From NCBI GenBank assembly GCA_963726745.1, contig CAVSDR010000003.1, forward strand, positions 992,001 to 1,056,000: a stretch of DNA of 64,000 bases, written 5' to 3'. Positions 30,933 through 42,140 of the stretch are shown here, one piece after another. The notes beneath the pieces are model-generated. The model saw only the letters and a list, made by a program, of their open reading frames with translations, did no database searches and was not told where the DNA came from. The stretch's first letter is position 1. Every line of letters begins with the position of its first letter. Both the position numbers and the translations under genes were made by a program. This DNA is from an uncultured Verrucomicrobiae bacterium. GTDB taxonomy: Bacteria; Verrucomicrobiota; Verrucomicrobiia; Chthoniobacterales; UBA10450.

Positions 30933-32854
30933 GGAAGCGCGAGTGGCCGCGGCACGACCTTGAATTGCACCCGGCGCTCGGCCTCGTCGGGAAGCGGCTT
31001 GCCCTCCGGTGTAGTCGGCGGCGCCTCCTGCGGAAGAGGCAGCAACATCTCGCTGCGAAAGCCGCAGGCCTGCAGGAAATCCCGCACCTTCTCCGCGCGG
31101 CGCAGGCTCAGGTCGCGGTTCTTTTCCTCGGCGCCTACGGAGTCGGCGTGCCCGTGGATTTCGAGCAGAATCTCCAGCCCCAGCCGGCTGGCGGCGCTTT
31201 GACAGCGGCGCAATTCCTCCGGCAAACGCGAGAGCGCGGCGAAGCCCTCGGTGGCGATGTTGTCCTTCCCGAGCAGGAAATAGACGAAGGCATTTGCGAT
31301 CACGGAGCGGGACTCGTTAAAGGCGCGCTGGTCGACGTCGACGACCTTGCGCTCGTCGAGCGCGGTGATTCCCGGGAGCGTGGTCGCGCGGTCGCGGATT
31401 TTCGCGAGCCAGCGATGTGAGGCTTCGCCGGTGAGGATGAGTTTGCCGTTGGCCACGGCCGCGGTCACGCCCTCCGGCAGGCCGAGTTGCTCCTCGAAAC
31501 GGCGGGCCGCGAGCGCGGGATCGTAGGCAATGCGGAGGTCGCGTTCCTCGATCGCGGCAACGCCGGCGACGAGCGTGCCTTCGCTGCGCACGCGCGTGAG
31601 CCACTCGTAAGGCGCGGCCCCGGAGACGACGAGATGATTGCCCTCGACCGCGAGCCGCGCGCCGGCTGGCGGCTGGAAACGCTGGTCGACGCGCCGCTGC
31701 ACGCTCGCGGGATCGAGCGCAAGATAATCCTTCCAGGCGAAGCGGATGCGCGCGGGATTCATCCCGGTGCGCTGCGCGACCTGCTCCGGGTCGACCGCCG
31801 CGTGGTCGCGCAGGCCGGAGACTTCCGAAGGGCGAAACCAATGCCGCTGCGCTTCCGTGATCACGATCCCGGGCTGCGCGGCGAGCTCGCCGACAAAGTG
31901 CTGCCAACGCCGCTCCGCCCGCCAGAGGCTCACGATCGCGCCGGCACAAAGTGCTGCCAAAATCACCAGGAGAAACCACGCACGCGATGGGCGGCGGCCG
32001 GTTTTTTCCCGGGAATATTGCGCGCGCAAGCAGGCCTCGAGTTCCGGCCGGAGCGCTTCGAACTGCGCGGCGTCGCCGTTGAAATGTGCCAGCGCGCTGC
32101 CTTGGAGGACGTGGATGCTCTCGATCGCCTCCTCGAGCGTCGCGCGCAGCTCGCGCGGTGGCGTTCCGCGCACGACCGCGGCCAGGAACGCGTGCCGCCC
32201 AGGGGCCACCCAAACTTCCAGCTGGCCCACGCGAAACTCCTCCAGGGTGGATTCCTCGCCGAGGGCAAAGGAGTCCCGGGCAAAATCCTGGATGGCGCTG
32301 AGCATGCCGGCGACCATGTCGGAGTCGCGGCCGAGCGCGGGATCGGCGGCCACATGGAGCAGCGCGAGACTGGTCGCGCGATGAATCAGGAAGACCTGCT
32401 CGACGCGGTAGACCAGGCTGCGGAGCATGACCACCTCCGCGAAACTGCGGCCGGTGCGCAGCGCCTCGAAGCGCCACCGCAACCCGCGCCAGGAGAAGGT
32501 GTGCTCGAGCGTTTGATTAAGCGATTGCAGGAGCCGCCGCATGCTTTCCGCGATCGAGCGGCGCACGATCGGCCCGATGATCGGATGGAGCGCTTCCACG
32601 AAAGTGCCCGGGCGCTGCGCGATCGAGTCGCGCACGGAATTCTCCACCGCCGGGCGAAGCGCGCGCGACAGCTCCTCGCCGCGCTCGCGGCTCAGCTTGA
32701 GCGCCTCTGGCAGGATCGCGGCGACGTCACGCGAGCGTCGCTCCTTGTCGGTCACCTGCGTGCGCAGCTCGCGCAATTGCTCGCGGTCGCGGCTGAGGAG
32801 GAGGCGGCGCAGCTCCTCGAGCTCGTTGACCGGATCGACGCGAGGCCGGGGCAT
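30929..32854 (-). CDS. bitopic membrane protein with C-terminal OmpA-like peptidoglycan-binding domain
   Basis: Cytoplasmic region (YRVEQVFLIH, VAGMLSAIQDF), one TM, repeated BON-like segments, IHGHADSVG...NRDLSLRRA...RRV. Confidence 0.8.
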   Translation of the reverse strand: MPRPRVDPVNELEELRRLLLSRDREQLRELRTQVTDKERRSRDVAAILPEALKLSRERGEELSRALRPAVENSVRDSIAQRPGTFVEALHPIIGPIVRRSIAESMRRLLQSLNQTLEHTFSWRGLRWRFEALRTGRSFAEVVMLRSLVYRVEQVFLIHRATSLALLHVAADPALGRDSDMVAGMLSAIQDFARDSFALGEESTLEEFRVGQLEVWVAPGRHAFLAAVVRGTPPRELRATLEEAIESIHVLQGSALAHFNGDAAQFEALRPELEACLRAQYSREKTGRRPSRAWFLLVILAALCAGAIVSLWRAERRWQHFVGELAAQPGIVITEAQRHWFRPSEVSGLRDHAAVDPEQVAQRTGMNPARIRFAWKDYLALDPASVQRRVDQRFQPPAGARLAVEGNHLVVSGAAPYEWLTRVRSEGTLVAGVAAIEERDLRIAYDPALAARRFEEQLGLPEGVTAAVANGKLILTGEASHRWLAKIRDRATTLPGITALDERKVVDVDQRAFNESRSVIANAFVYFLLGKDNIATEGFAALSRLPEELRRCQSAASRLGLEILLEIHGHADSVGAEEKNRDLSLRRAEKVRDFLQACGFRSEMLLPLPQEAPPTTPEGKPLPDEAERRVQFKVVPRPLALP

Positions 32855-32863
32855 GGGCGGCGC

Positions 32864-33463
32864 CTACACTCCGGGGACGCGGAACTCGTTTTTCAGGCGC
32901 AAGGCGACCTCGCTCAGCATCTCGGCAAGCGCCTCGCGACCGGTCATGGCGGTGCGGATTTGCTCCGCTTCGCGCGCCAGGCCGGCCTGGAGATGCTCGT
33001 GCTTCTCGCGAATGTCGGTGCTGAGCGTGTTGGCTTGCTGCAATAATTGCTGCCGCAAATCCTGGAGCTCGCGGCCGGATTGCTCGCCCAGGCCATTGAG
33101 CTTCCCATCCAGGGCGCGCGCCGTCTCCGCCAAGTCGCGCGCTATTTTCTCGAAAGCCTGCACGCGCTCGCTCTGCTCCGCCGCCAGGCGGTGCCGCAAG
33201 GCTTCAAGCTCGCCTTTGAAAAAGCCCTCCAGCGCCTCGATCCGCTTTTGCGTATCCGCGCGTGCTTCGCCGGCTTCGCGGGCCAGGCGTTCGTCCAACC
33301 GCTGGAAGCGGCCGTCGTACTCGCGCATCTGCGAGCCGAAGAGAATGTCGCGAATACGGTCGACCTTGGCGTTTTCCTCGAGGCCGTCCGGGTCGCCGCC
33401 ATGGCGCTCGGTGGCGCTGGCGTTCTCCGGGATGGGGGTTTCCTGGATTTGCTGAGCATTCAT
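32864..33463 (-). CDS. coiled-coil hypothetical protein, first gene of the GTPase operon
   Basis: VDRIRDILFGSQMREY followed by long heptad-like helices. Confidence 0.7.
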   Translation of the reverse strand: MNAQQIQETPIPENASATERHGGDPDGLEENAKVDRIRDILFGSQMREYDGRFQRLDERLAREAGEARADTQKRIEALEGFFKGELEALRHRLAAEQSERVQAFEKIARDLAETARALDGKLNGLGEQSGRELQDLRQQLLQQANTLSTDIREKHEHLQAGLAREAEQIRTAMTGREALAEMLSEVALRLKNEFRVPGV

Positions 33464-33877
33464 GGGGGCTGCCCTTTCGTGCGCCGCGTCCCGCAGACGC
33501 TGCGCGGTTCCGATGTTTCTTCCAGCGCGATTTGTAGCACCGCGGCCCGGGCAGCGGCAAGGCTGGTCTCGGCGAAAAGCAAAACCGATTGGGCTAGCTC
33601 CGGAGCCGAAGGCGTCGGCAATTTTTACATAATTGCGGCAATTGAGAAAAATGCGTCGCAAACAATCTTTCGTCGTAAATGCTATCTACACAGATGTAGT
33701 TTACATTTTAAACCGCTTTGATTGCCGCCCGGTGGTATATCCCCTGCTCTAAAGGCTTCGCCGTTCCCCCCAGAACCCGATTTACTTTGGCGTTTTAAGT
33801 CCTGCCTCGGGGCTCCGGACTTGGTGCGCCGAACGGCAAAGCGCGTATGCCTGGTAAGCCGCGCTCGGCTGCGTTCC

Positions 33878-33919
33878 CGTCGCAGGGGAGTGAAGGCCAA
33901 CGCCTCCTCCTCTGCGACG
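33878..33919. terminator. long GC-rich hairpin downstream of the tRNA (possible terminator)
   Basis: CGTCGCAG-GGGA...TCCT-CTGCGACG with inner AGGC-caac-GCCT; no clear U-tract. Confidence 0.4.
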
Positions 33920-33971
33920 TAGAACCCGGCCTGCCAGCCGATCTCCCAATGTGCTGGCTAATTTTTCGGGG

Positions 33972-34044
33972 AGCCGGCTGACGGGTTCGAACCGACGACC
34001 TGCTGATTACAAATCAGCTGCTCTACCAACTGAGCTAAGCCGGC
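33972..34044 (-). tRNA. tRNA-Thr(TGT), CCA not encoded
   Basis: GCCGGCTTAGCTCAGTTGGTAGAGCAGCTGATTTGTAATCAGCAGGTCGTCGGTTCGAACCCGTCAGCCGGCT: full cloverleaf, anticodon TGT. Confidence 0.97.
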
Positions 34045-34449
34045 ATTTTTCCTCGAAAAAGGAACGGGCTTCGCGACTTCGCCGCGCCCGAGGCTCTTTG
34101 TATACCCACGACGTTGCGCGCCGGCAACCGATTGCTTCGCGGCCGTGCGGTCACGGGAGAAATTTCGGAGCGCCGGCGCGCGCTCTTTCCTTACCGAGCA
34201 AAAGCTTCGGAGCCTTCCTGCGATAGAACCAGCGACTTGGGCGCGAGCCGCAGACGCGTAGTGCTCGGGCGATTCGCGAGACGGGAGCAGCGAGGTCCCA
34301 GCCTCCGCGGTGCTGTGCATTCATGCGGACGGTGGCAGTGCGGCAGGATTTGTTTCTGGGCCGCCGGCGCGCTTTGTTAAGTCGCGCAGGCGAAGAAAGC
34401 CTCGCCATTGCGTCGCAAAAGATCGGAAGTAGTAAGCACCACTGCATTC

Positions 34450-35697
34450 ATGCCCTCTTCTGCACCGGACCTGGACCTGATCGAAGCCAACCCGACGCCG
34501 CCCACCTCGCCGCCGCCGCGAGCAGGCTGGCTGCGCCGCATCCTTGGGATGCGATTCCTGGTGATCTCGATCGCGGTGCACGTACTCCTGGGCTTGTTCG
34601 CCGCCGTCTGGGTGGTGCAGAGCTACAGCGCGAATCGCAAGCTCACTTTCAAGGGCGGCCCGCCCTCGCCGAACAAGGCCACGCGCGCGATCGAGCACAA
34701 AGTGCAAATGGCGAAAAAGCAGAGCACCATGACCGCACCCGCGATGAAGCGAATCGTGAGCACGGGGATTTCGAAAGTGACGCTGCCGGAGATGCCGGCG
34801 ATGCCAAAATCTCCCACGACGCCGAACCAGATGGCGGGAGCAATGGGCGCACAAGTGGGCGCAGCCGGCGGACCGATGGGTGCGGCCGGGCCATCCGGCG
34901 GCGGCGGGCCGGTCTCGATGTTTGGCCTGCGCGATGCGGCCGGCGGGGTGAAGGGGGAATTTTACGATCTTAAGCAGAGCCCCAGCCGGAAAGAAACCGG
35001 GATGGACAAGGAGAAGTATGCGGAAGTCGTGACCGACTTTGTGAAGGGCGGTTGGAACACCTCTGTGCTCGCGCCTTATTACAAAGCCTCGAAGCCGCTC
35101 TACTCTTCGCAGTTCATGATCCCATCGATCAAGGCGGACGAAGGCCCGAAGGCCTTCCAGGTGGAGCGTGACGTGAAGCCGTCGCTCTGGCTCGCGCTCT
35201 ACCAGGGCGAGGTGACGCCCTCGGAGAGCGGCACGTTTTTCTTCGTCGGGGCGGGCGATGATGTCCTGTGCGTGCGCTTCAACGGCAACACGGTGTTAAG
35301 CGCGAACTTCAACATCCCGAACGACCCGCTCGCGCGCGCCACCGGCCGCTACGACTACAAGTGGCCGCCCCCGCCGTCGTGGTCGATCCCGGGTGGATTC
35401 TACAAGGGCCAGGCGATCACGGTGGAAGCGGGCAAAAGTTACCCGATCGAAATCCTGATCGGCGAGCAGCCCGGCGGCGATCTGCACGCCATTCTCCTGC
35501 TCGAGAAGCAAGGGCAAGAGTACAAGAAAGACAGCCACGGCAATCCCATCCTGCCAGTCTTCCGCATGGGCGCCGGCAAGCCGCCGGTCTTGAAGCAGGG
35601 CGAAACCCTCCCGCCGCACGACCCCGACGGCCCCATCTGGCGCGCCTCCTCCGAGACCAAGCCAAAGTCCGCGCTCGACGCGCTCAAGCGGCCATAG
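34450..35697 (+). CDS. membrane-anchored protein with PA14-like domain
   Basis: ISIAVHVLL TM anchor, Pro/Gly linker, GEFYDLKQ, FFVGAGDDVL..F, YPIEILIGE. Confidence 0.6.
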   Translation: MPSSAPDLDLIEANPTPPTSPPPRAGWLRRILGMRFLVISIAVHVLLGLFAAVWVVQSYSANRKLTFKGGPPSPNKATRAIEHKVQMAKKQSTMTAPAMKRIVSTGISKVTLPEMPAMPKSPTTPNQMAGAMGAQVGAAGGPMGAAGPSGGGGPVSMFGLRDAAGGVKGEFYDLKQSPSRKETGMDKEKYAEVVTDFVKGGWNTSVLAPYYKASKPLYSSQFMIPSIKADEGPKAFQVERDVKPSLWLALYQGEVTPSESGTFFFVGAGDDVLCVRFNGNTVLSANFNIPNDPLARATGRYDYKWPPPPSWSIPGGFYKGQAITVEAGKSYPIEILIGEQPGGDLHAILLLEKQGQEYKKDSHGNPILPVFRMGAGKPPVLKQGETLPPHDPDGPIWRASSETKPKSALDALKRP

Positions 35698-35856
35698 AGA
35701 GAGCGGTGGTTAGTGCTTAGCGGGCTGGACGGTTAGTGTCCGGGGAAGCGCTAAAGGCGCGATATGTCTATCGGATCGCCCACCCGTTCGCGAAGCCCTT
35801 TTCCCAGACCCCCTGGTCATCGCAAAGGAAGAGATAGCGCGGGCGCCCCGCCGTAA

Positions 35857-36960
35857 TTACTCCAAGAGGCGCGGGGCGGCCGTGGTCGCGCCGCGGAAGA
35901 ACTCGAATGGAAAGGAAATGGAGCGCACCGACTCCGACGGGTTCTGGATGCGATAGAGCAAGCGTTGCAACGCGGCCGCGCCCATCGAGTGATAAGAGGC
36001 GGTCACACTCGTGAGCGGTGTCTCGATCGCGGCCGTCACGCCGGTGCCGTGAAAGCCGGTTACGGAAACCTCTTCCGGCACGTGCAGGCCGCGGGAAGTC
36101 ATCCAGCGGACGAGCCGGTGCGCGACAAATTCGGTCGAGCACATCCAGGCGGTGACGCCTTCGTTGCGCGTCAATTCCTCCGCGCGTTCGAGGTGGGATT
36201 TTGTCGCTACGCGCGGATCGCTCAACGTGCTCGCCTCGACCTCCAGGGCCCACTCCGGGCGGTAGCGGATTCCCAGCCGCCGCAAGGCGGCGACATAGCC
36301 GCCGAAACGCGCGGTCGACCAATGCAGCTCGCCGCAATACCCGAGAAACCCGATCCGCCGGTGCCCGAGCTCATGCAAATGCGTGGCCAGCATTTGCACG
36401 CCCTCGTGGTTAGCCACCTCGATCAAGTCGAGGTCCACGCCCGGGTAACGATGCATGATCGAGACCGCGCGCAGCCGGGTGTGAATCGCGCGCACCACTT
36501 CCGCGGGCCAGCGGAAGACGAAGATCACGCCATCGAGCAGGCTGGATTGCATCGCCGGCGGGCGGGCATCCTCGTGCACGAGCTTCTCGCAATCGGCTGG
36601 GCTCACGAAATGCACCATCAGCGAGGCGTTCAAGCCCATGGCTGCCTGGCTCATGCCGACGAGGTATAAGGGTGGGGGAGCATGCCGATCGGGCGTCTGG
36701 ATGAGCACGCCCACGTGCCGGAGCGTTTGCTTTTGCAGGTGCTGTGAGCGGTAGCTTTTTGGCAGCCGATAGCCAAGCTGCGCGGCCATCGCAAAGACCC
36801 GGGCGCGCGTCTCGGGATTGATCCCGGGCACGCGCCGGAGCGCCCGCGAGACCGTGGGAATGGAAAGGTTCAGCCGCTCGGCGATCATTTGCATGTTCGC
36901 CGCGCCCCCGCGTTTCCCTTCGGCAGGGAAGGCCACCATCGAACTGGTGCTATCGGGCAT
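35857..36960 (-). CDS. LacI family transcriptional regulator
   Basis: MQMIAERLNLSIPTVSRAL HTH; LHELGHRRIGF; VPEEVSVTGF; LTSV. Confidence 0.9.
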   Translation of the reverse strand: MPDSTSSMVAFPAEGKRGGAANMQMIAERLNLSIPTVSRALRRVPGINPETRARVFAMAAQLGYRLPKSYRSQHLQKQTLRHVGVLIQTPDRHAPPPLYLVGMSQAAMGLNASLMVHFVSPADCEKLVHEDARPPAMQSSLLDGVIFVFRWPAEVVRAIHTRLRAVSIMHRYPGVDLDLIEVANHEGVQMLATHLHELGHRRIGFLGYCGELHWSTARFGGYVAALRRLGIRYRPEWALEVEASTLSDPRVATKSHLERAEELTRNEGVTAWMCSTEFVAHRLVRWMTSRGLHVPEEVSVTGFHGTGVTAAIETPLTSVTASYHSMGAAALQRLLYRIQNPSESVRSISFPFEFFRGATTAAPRLLE

Positions 36961-37196
36961 TTTCAACCTTGTAACCACAATCGCACGGGAGACCCAGATG
37001 AAATTAGCGATCCCAATCGTGGGCGCAGAGCCACCCAGAGATTACCTATTCTCTGCAGGAGTCAGCGACCCGGAGAATCCCGCTTGGGCCGCTGGGAAAA
37101 GCTAATTTAGCCAGCAACTTCCGGCTTTGAAAAAACGGTGATTTCTTAGGCTCAGCACCGTGAGCGCTCGCGCGGAACGCAGTTCATCTTCGCGTT

Positions 37197-37962
37197 CTAC
37201 TGTACAACACCCGTCGAGAACGCGAGCCGGACTGGCCAAAGTGGAATGCGCTTGTTGCTGGTAAAGCCGATGTCCAGCGTGTTGTTCAATTCGAATTCGT
37301 AGGTGCTCGAGGGCTTGAACTCGTAGGCCAGGGTGAAACTCTTGCCGTCGGGCGAATATTGGAAGGCCGCTTTGGAGAGATCGACTTCCTTCTTGTTCTC
37401 CTGCATGTGCAGACCGTGTTTCGTCGTCTGCATCGGCTTGTCGAAAGTGATCGTGACTGATTTCAACTTCGCCGGGTCGAGATCCTTGGCGCCGTTTCCC
37501 GGGATGGTCGAGAGCGCACGAGGCGGGGCATCCTCCGGCGCAGGATTTCCCGCGGTTTGAAAAACGAGGAAGTAGGGCGGCGCGGATTTGCCTCGCTGAT
37601 TTTGAAAGCCAACTCCGGGGATTTTTTTCTCGTTCAGCGCGAAGACGTAGACCTTGCCCGGCTGAAAACTCACGTTCAGCGAAAAGGTCTTTCGATCGGG
37701 ACTGATCTTGGAATCGAGATCCAGCTGCGGCACGACACTGCTGCGGCCCATCCAAGCGGTAAAGGCAGGACTCATTACCTGGTCGAAGGTGACCGAGAGT
37801 TCTTTCTGCCCCGAGTTAACGCCGACTTGCCACGCTTTGGGCGAGGTTTCGATGACTTTCGGGACGGCATCCGCGGGAGCGGGAGTGGGTTGCTGTGCGC
37901 CAACCGACCCGAGCCGATAAAATTAAAGGAATAGCGAATGCAATTAGGGCAGCAGGTTTCAT
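37197..37962 (-). CDS. secreted protein with two Ig-like (Big_5/SbsA-type) repeats (frameshift ~37905)
   Basis: Signal peptide; PKVIETSP...SVTFDQVM...SPDRKTF and PRALSTIP...TITFDKPM...SPDGKSF. Confidence 0.65.
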
Positions 37963-37965
37963 TGT

Positions 37966-40900
37966 TTATTCGGTTATCGGACGCTGTGCAATGACTGTGT
38001 AGCGACTGTCAGAAGTCTTCTTCGCGTCGGGATTGCTGCCTTGGGGCGCGAAGATTGGCTGGCGTTCTACAAAGGCTTCGCCGAGATACTCAGCCACGAT
38101 CTCGGAATCCTTCTCAACCGCCCCAAGTTGACCGCTGGCGTCTTTCTGATCCTTGATAGCTTGTCCTACGTACAGGACGCGAAAGACGTTGCCACGTGTC
38201 GTAGTTGAACTGCTGACTTCGCGAAATGCCTGCTCTGCCTGGATGTCTGTACGGTAGTATTTCGTGTCCGTGATGGCTGAAGGATCACTTCGCAGTATAC
38301 TGTAGATTACGCGAGATTGGGCGGAGTTGGCTGCCACATTCGAGGCCTCACTGCCTGAGATTAATCGACTTAGAGTGGAAGCGAGTTCGGCAGGCTGGAA
38401 ATAAGGCCGCGCGGGGTGCTTGTCTGGAGTTGCGATTTCTTTGTTAGCACCTTCTAGAGGTATCCGCTTGTTGGATACGCTCGCGAACCGATATTTCCGT
38501 GGGGATGAGCCAGTGGAGCCAGCGCTTGGAGGCGACTCCGTGTTGACTTCCAGCAGCAGATTTACTCCGGTGCTAAGCCGATCTGCATTGAGGTCTGGCA
38601 GCGCCGTCCCTACCGGTAACCCGAGGAACAAGCTCCGCAACAAATGCACCGGGGAGGGCGGAGTGGCGGTGGTATCCGACATCTGTTGCTGTGAGTTGAT
38701 GTTGATCGCGCCGCGTCGCGTTGTCGGCCCACCCGCGCGGAACAGATCGAGCAGCACGTAATCGACTGCCTGTCTGCGATATGTGGGAATGTCGTCCTTC
38801 GGGCCGGTCTGAGCGGTATTGGAAGGCCGCTCAGGTTGCTGCAAATATACTGTTCGCCAAGGGTATTGTGCCGCAGAAACGTTTCCAAGCTCGCCAATGT
38901 TCAGAAGTGGTTGATTACGGATGAAAGCAAAAGGCCGGTCCGCGGTTTGATCGAACCAATCGAACGCATACGATTTGAGATTTGTTTCCGATTTGTCTTC
39001 ACCGAAGGCAACGCGTGCGGGATCCGTGCGAGTAATGTTTCTCCATCGTTCATTCACCAAGCGAGCTCGAAAGCGGGGATCTCCGTGGTCTAACTCGGTA
39101 TTCCCGCTGAGCCCATAGGTAAGACTTATCGCAGCCGTCGATTTGTTATCTTTGAGGAAATCCCCGGTTGAGGGTGAAGCGTTGTTGTATCCCGTTAATT
39201 TCGGGTTAATACCTATTGCTGTAACGTCGATTTTATCACCAGCAGGGCTGTAGACGGTAATTTCCACTTTACCATCTTCCAGGCGCGGGCGCTCATCATT
39301 CGTTGGCTTGATCGTATAAGTGACGTTCTTCGTCACGACGTCGTTCGTCGTTTCAAAAGTGCGCGCGCCAGAGTTTGTCGTTCCATCTACCCCCGGTTGG
39401 ATCTGAACTCCTGATCCTTTCACTGCCTTAAGATCAGTCGCTTGGATAACGAAGGTCTGAGTCTCCACGTCAAAAAATGGGGCGTTGTTTTTGTCGAGCA
39501 CAGGAACGCCCTTTATCTCAACCCGCCCGATTTTTTCCGTTAGGTTCAACGGAATCTCGAACATGTTGAGAAATCGCAACCGCACTTTTAGAGCGACATT
39601 TGCAGTCCCCGTAGGCGGGACAGCCGTAGCGCTGGTGGCAGTGTAGATGAACTCCACTCCAGTTATATACGGCAGCTTCTCGATCCCTATTATCGGGACA
39701 GGATCGGCGAATCCTGGGATGACGTAATCGTCTAAAACCGTGGGGGTATCGTCGGTGTCGATGTAGTCGATCAAGTTAGCCGCAAATTGCAGTCGCAAGC
39801 GTTCGTCGCCCCAGACTTGCGAATAGGCGAGGTTGCCGATTGGAGTTGGGCCGGTCCACGCGTCACGAATCCAGTCCGAGATCCGCTTAGCCAGAGATTT
39901 TTTTGCGTCATTACTGGCACCTGCGTCGGCTACGAGTTTGTTGATATCGAGTTTCTCCCAACCCCTCGCGGTCGTGTCGTCGTCTTTTGAGACAATGGTC
40001 AAAATGTGGGCGTACTCCGGGAATGTAGTCTTCCACTGGTCCAGCAGAGCCATGGTGGACTTGGACGGGATAACAGTGCGGGGGGCCGGAATGTAAGCAT
40101 TGAGCGCAGCAGCACGATTCGGCGATGGCAAAGCGGCCGCTGGATTGACCTCTTGAATTTGCGAGGTCAAAGCGGGAGAGGGCGTCGGAGTCGGTGGGAC
40201 CGCCGGAACGTCGTTGATTCGTAGGTTCTTGTCCGCCGTCGTCGATGAAGTGTTGCCGCTGACGTCCACGTTGATCTTCATGCTCTCATCTTCAACGAAA
40301 TAGGCATACCGGCCGATAAGTTCACCAGCCGAATTCCGAACACGCACCCATTGGCCGTATGCCGGTGGCGGCGAGGGTGCTGGAAGACGGACGCGGGCGG
40401 CGTTCAACGAGCCGGCCGTCCACGTCTCCGACGCGGATGACTTGATTGAAGTCGTAGCTGTTTACCGCCGTAAACGGTTAGCGGCGCGGAAAACCTGTGC
40501 TCTTCAATTGCGGGGGTCAAAGGGGAGATCTGAACGTGGGAACGACCTGGGCCGGGATGGTTTACTTGCGGCGCCTGGATCAGGTCCCGGCGAAGTCGAT
40601 GCTCAGGGCGCGTGAGACGCAGGGCGTCACCACGGGCATTGTCCAGCTTCAGATAATCGTCTACGGTGGATCGCCGGTAGATTAAGCCGAATCGGAATAG
40701 GAGAGGCCGGCGGGCTAGGCGACACGGTCGGTGCGGGCATCGCGGTGATGTAGTTGCCCGTTTTGGTGTGCTGGTAGAGGAGATTAGTCGCCGCGCTCAG
40801 GCCCGCGTCGGCCACGATTTTGGCGCGCAGGCGATTGGCGTAAAGAGAGGAGGTCGAGCGATCGGTGCGGCTGTTCAGGAGATAAGCCACGACCACGGTG

Positions 40901-40971
40901 ACGACCAGGGCCATCATCACAAGGGTGGCAATCAAGGCGAAGCCGGAAGCGGGACGGAGGTTAATTTTCAT
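37966..40971 (-). CDS. large PilX-like / Verru_Chthon cassette protein A-like (frameshifted in 40400-40690)
   Basis: GFALIATLVMMAL N-terminus; GRYAYFVEDESMKINV; AANLIDYIDTD; GAININS; TTRGNVFRV..VGQ. Confidence 0.75.
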
Positions 40972-40974
40972 CGC

Positions 40975-41721
40975 TCAACGCAGCGGCAGTTTGAAATCGC
41001 CGAAGAACTCGCGCGCGCTACGTTTCATGGTGTCGTTGTAGGTCGCGCTGCCGACGGGCACGCCGGCGAGGCGAACGAGGGTTTTGTCGTCGACTACTTT
41101 TATCCGCAGGACAATGCGGCGCGGGGTTTTCCCTTCAGTCACGGTATTGCCCGCAGCGCGCGAGCTCCAACTGTCACCCGGGAGGGCGACGTTGTTGTCC
41201 ATGTCCTGTTGCGAGTAGGAGCGGATTTCGAATTCCATCACGCCGTCGGCCACCACGCGCCATTTGAAGTTCGCGCTCGCACTGGTAGGCGCCACTTTGA
41301 AACGGCTGCCCTGCCCGATCGCCCAGGCGGCCGCGCTATCCATGAAAGCGCGCTCAAGCCGGTGCGCGCTCGTGTCCAGACGGTAGGCAATGACGCAGAG
41401 ATCGCCGGTGCCGGAATTCGGATACGGCGAGACGAAGAAAATGTTCTCGGAAGTCTTCGCGACCGGCGGGGTGGTCCCCTGAAGCTCGGTCGCGTTCTCG
41501 ACGAATTCCATGCCGTCTTTGGCCGCGAGCGCGGCACCGATTTCATCCTGAATGCGACCGATAACCCGGCGCGCACTCGAGTAGGTGTCGAGGCGATTCC
41601 GCGCCTGTTGCCAGGCCACCATGGTGGCGGAAACGACGTTGGCCAGGAGGACGACGAGAATGGAAGTGATCGCGAGAGAGATCAGCAGCTCGACGAGCGT
41701 AAATCCGCGGTCGCGCTTCAT
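40975..41721 (-). CDS. prepilin-type protein (PulJ/cassette protein C-like)
   Basis: RGFTLVELLISLAI prepilin cleavage motif. Confidence 0.85.
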   Translation of the reverse strand: MKRDRGFTLVELLISLAITSILVVLLANVVSATMVAWQQARNRLDTYSSARRVIGRIQDEIGAALAAKDGMEFVENATELQGTTPPVAKTSENIFFVSPYPNSGTGDLCVIAYRLDTSAHRLERAFMDSAAAWAIGQGSRFKVAPTSASANFKWRVVADGVMEFEIRSYSQQDMDNNVALPGDSWSSRAAGNTVTEGKTPRRIVLRIKVVDDKTLVRLAGVPVGSATYNDTMKRSAREFFGDFKLPLR

Positions 41722-42140
41722 GGCTTGGGGGTATTCATCAAAGTGGTGAAGCGGTAAACACTCTGACTCGCCGCGGGCGCGTTTGCCGGGTAGCGCACTT
41801 CCGCGTTGAAGACCGAGTCCGCGGGCACCGGCGGACTAAGCGGCACGATGCTAATGCCGAATTGGTAGACGGCCGCGGAAGTCTTGTTCGTCCCGAGGTC
41901 GCCCAGATTGGCGTCGAAGTAGCGGGCATTATAGGAGGCGGGAAAATTGACCGCGCTGAGCGCACGGAGGCGGTCGAATTCATTGGCCGCCAGTTGCGCC
42001 GCGAAGGTCTCTTCGCGCGAGCGGCGGTTGGTGTCGTTCGCCACGGAGAGGAGACCGACGGTCGCGAGCACGGAGAAACTCACGATCCCCATCGCGAGGA
42101 CCACTTCGACCAGGGAGAAGGCGCGCGCTCGGGACCTCAT
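41718..42140 (-). CDS. prepilin-type protein (cassette protein B-like)
   Basis: RAFSLVEVVLAMGIVSF. Confidence 0.85.
   Translation of the reverse strand: MRSRARAFSLVEVVLAMGIVSFSVLATVGLLSVANDTNRRSREETFAAQLAANEFDRLRALSAVNFPASYNARYFDANLGDLGTNKTSAAVYQFGISIVPLSPPVPADSVFNAEVRYPANAPAASQSVYRFTTLMNTPKP

Noticed and set aside
35700..35760. Short GGTTAGTG direct repeat downstream of the PA14-like gene
   Set aside because: Only two 8-bp copies; too weak to interpret
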